Source of the DNA: Geomonas anaerohicana
GTDB taxonomy: Bacteria > Desulfobacterota > Desulfuromonadia > Geobacterales > Geobacteraceae
Length of the DNA: 64,000 nucleotides
Direction: 5' to 3'
Assembly (NCBI RefSeq): GCF_016458305.1
Contig: NZ_JAEMHL010000006.1
Location: forward strand, 212,484 to 276,483
Shown: piece by piece, positions 58,842-64,000 of the stretch
Layout: each line of letters opens with the position of its first letter
How positions within the stretch are numbered: the first letter of the stretch is position 1
The notes under the pieces: model-generated
What the model was told of the DNA's origin: nothing
The model's database searches: none
What the model saw: the letters and a program-made list of their open reading frames with translations, nothing else
Position numbers and translations under genes: made by a program

Positions 58842-58865
58842 CGCGACCCGCACTTGTATCAAGAA

Positions 58866-58893
58866 CAGCACCTCCAGTCGGGGTGCTGTTTTT
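58866..58893 (+). terminator. Rho-independent terminator after the MucR-like gene (cagcacctccagtcggggtgctg + ttttt)
   Basis: Stem plus T-run. Confidence 0.65.
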
Positions 58894-58989
58894 CGTTTGG
58901 CTCTCCCGTATGACCTGTTGGATGCACACCGTACAATAACTGGTATAGTTGTACCTTCGTAAAAACCACTACAGGAGGATTACTGAACT

Positions 58990-59652
58990 ATGAGCAGACT
59001 TTTGATTGTTGCATTGGTAGCGCTTTTTGCTTTGCCGGCCTATGCGGCCGATGAGAAAAAAGCAGACGAGCAGAAAACCTTTTACGCGATCGGGCAGGTC
59101 ATGGCCCGTCAGCTTGCTGTCTTCGACATGTCGCAAGACGAGATGGACCAGGTGCTGAAGGGGGTGAAGGAAGGAGTCGAAAGCAAGACCCCCAATTTCG
59201 ACGTCGAGCCGTACAAGGCGAAGATCCAGGCCCTGGCGCTTTCGCGCCGTAATGCGCAGGGCGAGAAACTGGCTGCCAAAACCAAGGAATTCGTGGAGAA
59301 GGCCGCCAAGGAGAAGGATGCCGTCAAGACCCCCTCCGGCATCATCTACAAGTCCCTCAGGGAAGGGACCGGCGCCAGCCCGACTGCAACCGACAAGGTG
59401 AAGGTGAACTATCGCGGCACCCTCGTTGACGGCAAGGAGTTCGACAGCTCCTACACCTCCGGCCGGCCCGTCGAGTTCGGGCTGAACCAGGTGATCAAGT
59501 GCTGGACCGAAGGGCTTCAGAAGATGAAGGTAGGCGGCAAGGCCCAGCTCATCTGCCCTCCTGATCTTGCTTACGGCGAGCGCGGCTCCGGGCTCATCCC
59601 CGCCAACGCCACACTGGTATTCGAGGTTGAGTTGCTCGATATCGTGAAGTAG
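58990..59652 (+). CDS. FKBP-type peptidyl-prolyl cis-trans isomerase (FkpA/FklB-like), secreted
   Basis: Signal peptide; FKBP domain …VKVNYRGTLVDGKEFDSS…LVFEVELLDI. Confidence 0.85.
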   Translation: MSRLLIVALVALFALPAYAADEKKADEQKTFYAIGQVMARQLAVFDMSQDEMDQVLKGVKEGVESKTPNFDVEPYKAKIQALALSRRNAQGEKLAAKTKEFVEKAAKEKDAVKTPSGIIYKSLREGTGASPTATDKVKVNYRGTLVDGKEFDSSYTSGRPVEFGLNQVIKCWTEGLQKMKVGGKAQLICPPDLAYGERGSGLIPANATLVFEVELLDIVK

Positions 59653-59704
59653 CTTGCTTTGATCTTTGCGCCGGGATAGATGAAAAACTTTTAGCAGACT
59701 TTTT

Positions 59705-59733
59705 TATTGACAAAGAAGCCGCTCTAGAATATA
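59705..59733 (+). promoter_or_regulatory. Consensus sigma-70 promoter (TTGACA-17-TATAAA) upstream of tRNA-Met
   Basis: Exact -35, 17-nt spacer, 5/6 match at -10. Confidence 0.6.
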
Positions 59734-59810
59734 AAGGGTGTCTCTTGAGGCGGCGCGAAAGAGTCGTTGAGAGTGTAGTAGGTATTTGACATTATTACAA
59801 ATAAGAGCTT

Positions 59811-59887
59811 GGCGGTGTAGCTCAGCTGGTTAGAGCACACGGCTCATATCCGTGTTGTCCGGGGTTCAAGTCCCTGCACCGCCACCA
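59811..59887 (+). tRNA. tRNA-Met, elongator type (anticodon CAU). tRNA-Ile(LAU) cannot be excluded from sequence alone.
   Basis: Cloverleaf: acceptor ggcggtg/caccgcc with G1-C72, anticodon loop ctCATat, T-loop ttcaagt, CCA encoded. Confidence 0.8.
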
Positions 59888-59892
59888 TAAAA

Positions 59893-59931
59893 AAAGAGCC
59901 TTTCGGTTAACTCCGGAAGGCTCTTTTGCTT
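59893..59931 (+). terminator. Rho-independent terminator after tRNA-Met (gagccttccgg…ccggaaggctc + ttttgcttt)
   Basis: Stem-loop plus T-run. Confidence 0.7.
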
Positions 59932-59984
59932 TGTCCGGACCCACCGTTGGGCCTTGCTGAATACATTGCTCTTTTACCTCTGCG

Positions 59985-60160
59985 CTTGCCCTAACGTCCT
60001 CCCCTTTGCGAAGGGGAGACAGAGGGGATTTGCCTTGTCTATTTCACACTCCTGTGCAGCTCTGACCCCCTTGTCCCCTTAAGCTCAGCCCGTGCCTAAC
60101 GTTCCCCACTTTAAGAAAGGGGAGACAGAGGGGATTTGCTTTTGTCTTTTCTGCATCAGG
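59985..60160 (+). repeat. Two tandem family-A-like units (…ctaacgtcctcccctttgcgaaggggagacagaggggatttgcc… x2)
   Basis: Units at ~59994-60036 and ~60097-60141. Confidence 0.7.
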
Positions 60161-60185
60161 ATTTTCCTACCTTCACCCATTCTCA

Positions 60186-60215
60186 TTGACGCCCCCGTGC
60201 CAAAGGGAGTATAAA
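60186..60215 (+). promoter_or_regulatory. Near-consensus sigma-70 promoter (TTGACG-18-TATAAA) for the small ORF
   Basis: -35 at 60186-60191, -10 at 60210-60215. Confidence 0.55.
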
Positions 60216-60248
60216 CAAATTCCGTCCAGAATCTTCTAAGAGGTCAGC

Positions 60249-60323
60249 ATGACAGCAGGAAGAGGAAAACCGTCCAACTTTGGAGCCGCCAGTGCAACCT
60301 ACCCGCACTGGCGGCTTTTTTAA
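60249..60323 (+). CDS. Small ORF, 24 aa (MTAGRGKPSNFGAASATYPHWRLF), with its own RBS, promoter and overlapping intrinsic terminator
   Basis: RBS AAGAGG sits 5 nt before the ATG. Terminator hairpin gccgccagtgcaacctacccgcactggcggc + tttttt spans 60283-60319. Not in the ORF track (too short). Confidence 0.4.
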   Translation: MTAGRGKPSNFGAASATYPHWRLF

Positions 60324-60398
60324 TGGGCGCGCGCTTATCGCAGCGCCTTTGCCGCAACCGCCGTCTCAACGACCGCCGTACATCCCCCAGGAGGCACC

Positions 60399-62906
60399 AT
60401 GTCGGATCCCGTAAATGTCTTCACTTGGCTTGGTAATCACTATCTCTACATTCTTGCCTTCGTCGCTCTCGTAATTCTGCTTTGGAACTCCATTGTCATC
60501 GTTGGCGGCAACGAGATCGCCCTCATCGAGCGGCGCTGGTTCGGCAGCAAGATGCCCCAGGGGCGGGTCGTGGCCCTGGGCAACGAGGTCGGCATCCAGG
60601 CTCGCACCCTCGGCCCGGGACTGCACTTCCTCATCCCGTTCATCTACAAGGCAACCAAGAGCGTCTTCACTGAGATTCTCGAAAACGAGATCGGCCTGAT
60701 CGAATCCGTCGACGGCACCTCCATCCCGTCCGGGCGCATCTTTGCCGCCGTCGTACCAGGCCACAACTCCTTCCAGGACGGCGAAGCCTTCATCCGTAAC
60801 GGCGGCCAGAAGGGGCCTCAGATCGAGATACTTCCTCCGGGGAAATACCGCATCAACCCCTACCTCTTCAAGCTGACCAAGGGGAACGTAACGGAGATCA
60901 AGGACTTCGAGATCGGCATCGTCGAGTCCGTCGACGGCGTCGCCATTCCGGAGGGACGCATCTTCGCCCAGGCGGTGGACGGGCACGCCTCCTACCAAAA
61001 CGGCGAGGCCTTCATCAACAATGGCGGCCAGAAAGGGCCGCAGATCGAGATCATCCCTCCCGGCAACTACCGCATCAACCCGTACCTCTTCAAGGTCACC
61101 AAGAGCTCGGCGACCAAGATAGGTGACGGCGAGATCGGTCTCGTGGAATCGGCCGACGGTTCGGCCATCCCTGCCGGCCGCATCTTCGCCACCGTGGTCT
61201 CCGGACACAACTCTTTCCAGTCCGGGCAGGACTTCATCATGAACGGCGGCCAGAAAGGCCCCCAGACCGAGATCCTGCCCCCTGGTGTGTACCGTATCCA
61301 TCCCAACCTCTTCAAGGTGACCAAGGCCGAGGCCGTAATCATCCAGAAAGGGGAGGTGGGCATGGTTACCGCCCAGGACGGTGCCCCCATCCCCATGGGG
61401 CGTCTGTTGGCCCAGAGTGTACCGGGGCACTCCAACTATGAGAACGGCGAAGCCTTCCTCAAGAACGGTGGTCAGAAGGGACCGCAGATTGATGTGCTGC
61501 TCCCGGGTACGTACCGCATCAACCTGAACCTGTTCAATATCCAGGTCGCTTCGGCGGCCGTGGTCGAGGCCAACAAGATCGGTCTCGTCACCGCCCTTGA
61601 CGGCATTCCGCTGCCGGAGCGCGAGTATGTCGCCTCGCCCATCACCGGCCATAACGATTACCAGGACGGATCCGCATTCCTGTTGAAGCATGGCCAGCGC
61701 GGCCCGCAGCTCGACGTGCTGCGGCCGGGTACCTACTACATCAACCCGCTCATGTTCAGCGTCGCCATCGACGACGTTGCCGTGGTCGAGCGCGGGCAGG
61801 TCGGTGTCATCGTTTCCAACGTCGGGGAAGACCCGACCGAAGAAATGAAGAGGCGCCTCGGTTCCTCCCAGACCGGCGCCTCGGAAGAAGAGGGGAAGGA
61901 GAAGTACGTCGTCCCCAAAGGGTTCCGTGGCATCCAGGAAGAAGTGGCCGGCCCGGGACGCTACTATCTCAACCGTCGTGCCTTCATGGCCTACATCATC
62001 GACACCACCAACATCACCATCGACTGGGACGATCAGGAAGATACCCGCTTCGACCAGCTGACCGTCATCTCCAAGGACGGCTTCCCCATCCAGGTGTCGG
62101 TCAAAGTCGTCATCCGCGTCCGTCCGGATCAGGCGCCGTACATGGTGGCCAAGGTCGGCTCCATCGACAACCTCATCCAGCACGTCATCCATCCGATGAT
62201 CGACTCCTCATTCCGCAACCAGGCCTCCACCGCCTCGGCCATGAACTTCCTGCAGAGCCGTTCCGAAGAGCAGGCCAAGGCAGAGTCCCGCGCTCGGATT
62301 GATCTGGAGAAGTATCACGTCGAGTGCGTCTCCGTACTGATCTGCCAGATCAAGCTCCCCGAGGATCTGATGCAGACCCAGACCAAGAGGATCATCGCAG
62401 AGCAGCAGCAAGAGATGTACAAGATGGAGCAGAAGAGTCAGGCGGAGCGCACCGAAATGGAGAAGATGCGCGCCACCGCCGACCAACAGCCGACCCTGGT
62501 TGCCTCCGAGATCGCCGTGAAGGTCGCCACCCAGAAGAAAGCCGAGATGATCACCCTGGCGGAAGGCAACGCCGAGTCCAAGGCGCTGGAAGGTGCAGGC
62601 GAAGGGAAGCGATTGAAGGCGATAGGCGATGGCGAGGCCTCGAAGATCGCCGCCATCGGCGAAGCCACCGCGCAAGCGTACAACAAGCAGCAGGAAGCGA
62701 TCGGCGAAGAAGCCATCAAGCAGATCAAGATCGTCGAGCTGATCGCCGCTGCCATCCAGGAAGGCAAGATCAAGATCGTCCCTGACGTCCTCGTCACCGG
62801 CGGCGGAAATGCAGGAGATGGATTGATGGGCCAGTTAAGCCGGCTCTTGCCCGGTGTCGATCTTACAGCGTTGGTGAACAAGCAGGCGGCGTTGCCGAAG
62901 GCATAA
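60399..62906 (+). CDS. Flotillin-like (YqiK/SPFH-family-related) membrane protein, 835 aa, with seven tandem ~72-aa repeats N-terminal to a flotillin-type coiled-coil C-terminus
   Basis: N-terminal TM (YLYILAFVALVILLW); repeats EIGL(V/I)ESxDGxxIPxGRIxAxxVxGHxxxQxGxxFxxNGGQKGPQxxxLPPGxYRINPxLFKV; C-terminal Ala/Glu/Lys-rich coiled coil (…EAIGEEAIKQIKIVELIAAAIQEGKIKIVPDV…). Confidence 0.7.
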   Translation: MSDPVNVFTWLGNHYLYILAFVALVILLWNSIVIVGGNEIALIERRWFGSKMPQGRVVALGNEVGIQARTLGPGLHFLIPFIYKATKSVFTEILENEIGLIESVDGTSIPSGRIFAAVVPGHNSFQDGEAFIRNGGQKGPQIEILPPGKYRINPYLFKLTKGNVTEIKDFEIGIVESVDGVAIPEGRIFAQAVDGHASYQNGEAFINNGGQKGPQIEIIPPGNYRINPYLFKVTKSSATKIGDGEIGLVESADGSAIPAGRIFATVVSGHNSFQSGQDFIMNGGQKGPQTEILPPGVYRIHPNLFKVTKAEAVIIQKGEVGMVTAQDGAPIPMGRLLAQSVPGHSNYENGEAFLKNGGQKGPQIDVLLPGTYRINLNLFNIQVASAAVVEANKIGLVTALDGIPLPEREYVASPITGHNDYQDGSAFLLKHGQRGPQLDVLRPGTYYINPLMFSVAIDDVAVVERGQVGVIVSNVGEDPTEEMKRRLGSSQTGASEEEGKEKYVVPKGFRGIQEEVAGPGRYYLNRRAFMAYIIDTTNITIDWDDQEDTRFDQLTVISKDGFPIQVSVKVVIRVRPDQAPYMVAKVGSIDNLIQHVIHPMIDSSFRNQASTASAMNFLQSRSEEQAKAESRARIDLEKYHVECVSVLICQIKLPEDLMQTQTKRIIAEQQQEMYKMEQKSQAERTEMEKMRATADQQPTLVASEIAVKVATQKKAEMITLAEGNAESKALEGAGEGKRLKAIGDGEASKIAAIGEATAQAYNKQQEAIGEEAIKQIKIVELIAAAIQEGKIKIVPDVLVTGGGNAGDGLMGQLSRLLPGVDLTALVNKQAALPKA

Positions 62907-62953
62907 GAGGCGAAGGGCGGGAATTTCAGTATATAAATTTGAGGAGGCAGCCT

Positions 62954-63856
62954 ATGCACTCTGACCACGAAACCTATTTTGGATTTTCTCTACTATCAAG
63001 ATTGAACAAATCGCTGGAAACGCTCGTCGGAATCTTAGAAGGAATTTCTATTGACTCTATAATAAATGCAAGAGAGATAGACTTTCTCAACGAGTGGATC
63101 AGGTATTGCGACGATGTACGACACCTGCACCCGTTCAATGAGTTGATACCAGTTATAAATACTGCATTGGCTGACGGAGTCCTGACTGAAGAAGAGAAGC
63201 TGGATATCCTTTGGCTATGCAACCGGCTGGATACCAATGGCGTTTACGTCAAAGGTGTATTACGTGACATGCAGCAGTTACACGGCGTCCTTGGTGGTAT
63301 CCTTGCGGATGGCAAAATTACTGAAGCAGAACTGACGGGACTCACGGATTGGCTCTCTGAGCATGACCATTTGAAGACCTGTTGGCCTTATGACGAGGTT
63401 GAGTCCTTGGTCTCTGGCGTGATGCTTGACGGCAAAATTGACGACCAAGAACAGCTTCTCTTACAGAGGCTGTTTTCGGAATTTATCCAACTCGCAGACG
63501 ATAAAACTATAACCAACCCACCAACGTTGATGGGGGACCAAATTGTTGGCCTCTGCACGTTTTCCCCTGCCATTAAGTTCGAGGGTTCCTGGTTCTGCTT
63601 CACCGGTGCATCACCCAGATTCAAGCGACGTGAGCTCAAGGAAGTGGTCGAACGGCTTGGTGGCAAGTTTACTGACTCAATGAGTGGGAAGGTCGACTAT
63701 TTGGTTATCGGAGCAGAGGGGAACCCGTGCTGGGCTTATGCCTGCTATGGTAGGAAAGTTGAAGCGGCCGTAAATTACCGCAAGACCGGTAGAAACGTGC
63801 AACTAGTGCACGAGATCGACTTTCATGATGCGGTATCAGACGTTTTAGGAACCTAA
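62954..63856 (+). CDS. Hypothetical protein with three TerB-like (ADGxhTxEE) repeats and a C-terminal BRCT domain; encoded in a low-GC segment
   Basis: RBS gaggagg. Repeats …ALADGVLTEEEKLDILWL…, …ILADGKITEAELTGLTDWL…, …VMLDGKIDDQEQLLLQRLF…. C-terminal WFCFTGASPRFKRRELKEVVERLGGKFTDSMSGKVDYLVIG… is BRCT-like. Confidence 0.6.
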   Translation: MHSDHETYFGFSLLSRLNKSLETLVGILEGISIDSIINAREIDFLNEWIRYCDDVRHLHPFNELIPVINTALADGVLTEEEKLDILWLCNRLDTNGVYVKGVLRDMQQLHGVLGGILADGKITEAELTGLTDWLSEHDHLKTCWPYDEVESLVSGVMLDGKIDDQEQLLLQRLFSEFIQLADDKTITNPPTLMGDQIVGLCTFSPAIKFEGSWFCFTGASPRFKRRELKEVVERLGGKFTDSMSGKVDYLVIGAEGNPCWAYACYGRKVEAAVNYRKTGRNVQLVHEIDFHDAVSDVLGT

Positions 63857-64000
63857 GCGACAATTGGGGCAGGGCTACGAACCCTAAATTGGCGGGAATG
63901 TCTTGTGACATTGCAACATCGCAAGCCTGATAATCATCTAAAGGCACCTCCTGGCATAACAAGAGGCAAAGAAACTTCCTGATATGCTGTTACAGAGACG

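Noticed and set aside
59760-59810. Second promoter (TTGACA at 59783) directly upstream of tRNA-Met
   Set aside because: No acceptable -10 hexamer at 16-18-bp spacing. The consensus promoter at 59705-59733 is better supported.

Overview
High-GC (~60%) chromosomal segment with Geobacter-type (Desulfuromonadota) intergenic repeats, carrying mostly housekeeping genes. Left to right: a 5'-partial minus-strand ORF (Cys-rich N-terminus plus a DEDD exonuclease motif); trpE, terminated on its own; a three-gene signalling insert (REC-PAS-HK-REC hybrid kinase, a CXXCH heme-sensor kinase, a single-domain receiver); then trpG-trpD-trpC-trpB2-trpF and serA; convergent aroG-type DAHP synthase; pncA-pncB and a TPR lipoprotein on the minus strand; an SDR epimerase and an Hsp20; a ~1 kb gene-free gap; a four-gene cytoplasmic group-3b-type [NiFe] hydrogenase operon on the minus strand; a CpsB-type PHP phosphatase; an MCP; modB-modC; mnmA; a minus-strand sulfur-carrier (ThiS/HcyS-like) dependent homocysteine cluster (metY, thiS-like, thiF/moeZ-like, JAMM protease, sulfite-reductase-like, tusA-like) divergent from cysK; an orphan NrfD-like membrane protein; a secreted SNase-like nuclease; an Fe-alcohol dehydrogenase with a candidate sigma-54 promoter followed by a sensor kinase and an NtrC-type activator; a GT9 heptosyltransferase; tRNA-Val; thrS-infC-rpmI-rplT-pheS-pheT-ihfA and a MerR regulator; tRNA-Pro; pqiA(split)-pqiB-pqiC; glk; a MucR/Ros regulator with a histone-H1-like tail; an FKBP PPIase; tRNA-Met(CAU); a tiny 24-codon gene with its own promoter and terminator; an 835-aa flotillin-like protein with seven tandem repeats; and a low-GC BRCT-domain ORF at the right edge. 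No CRISPR array, transposase, integrase or rRNA was seen. The most unusual items are the protein-thiocarboxylate homocysteine cluster, the small-ORF plus repeat-expanded flotillin locus, the heme-sensor phosphorelay splitting the trp operon, and at least four intergenic repeat families (REP palindromes, a G-rich hairpin family, a ~150-bp composite element, hexamer STRs).
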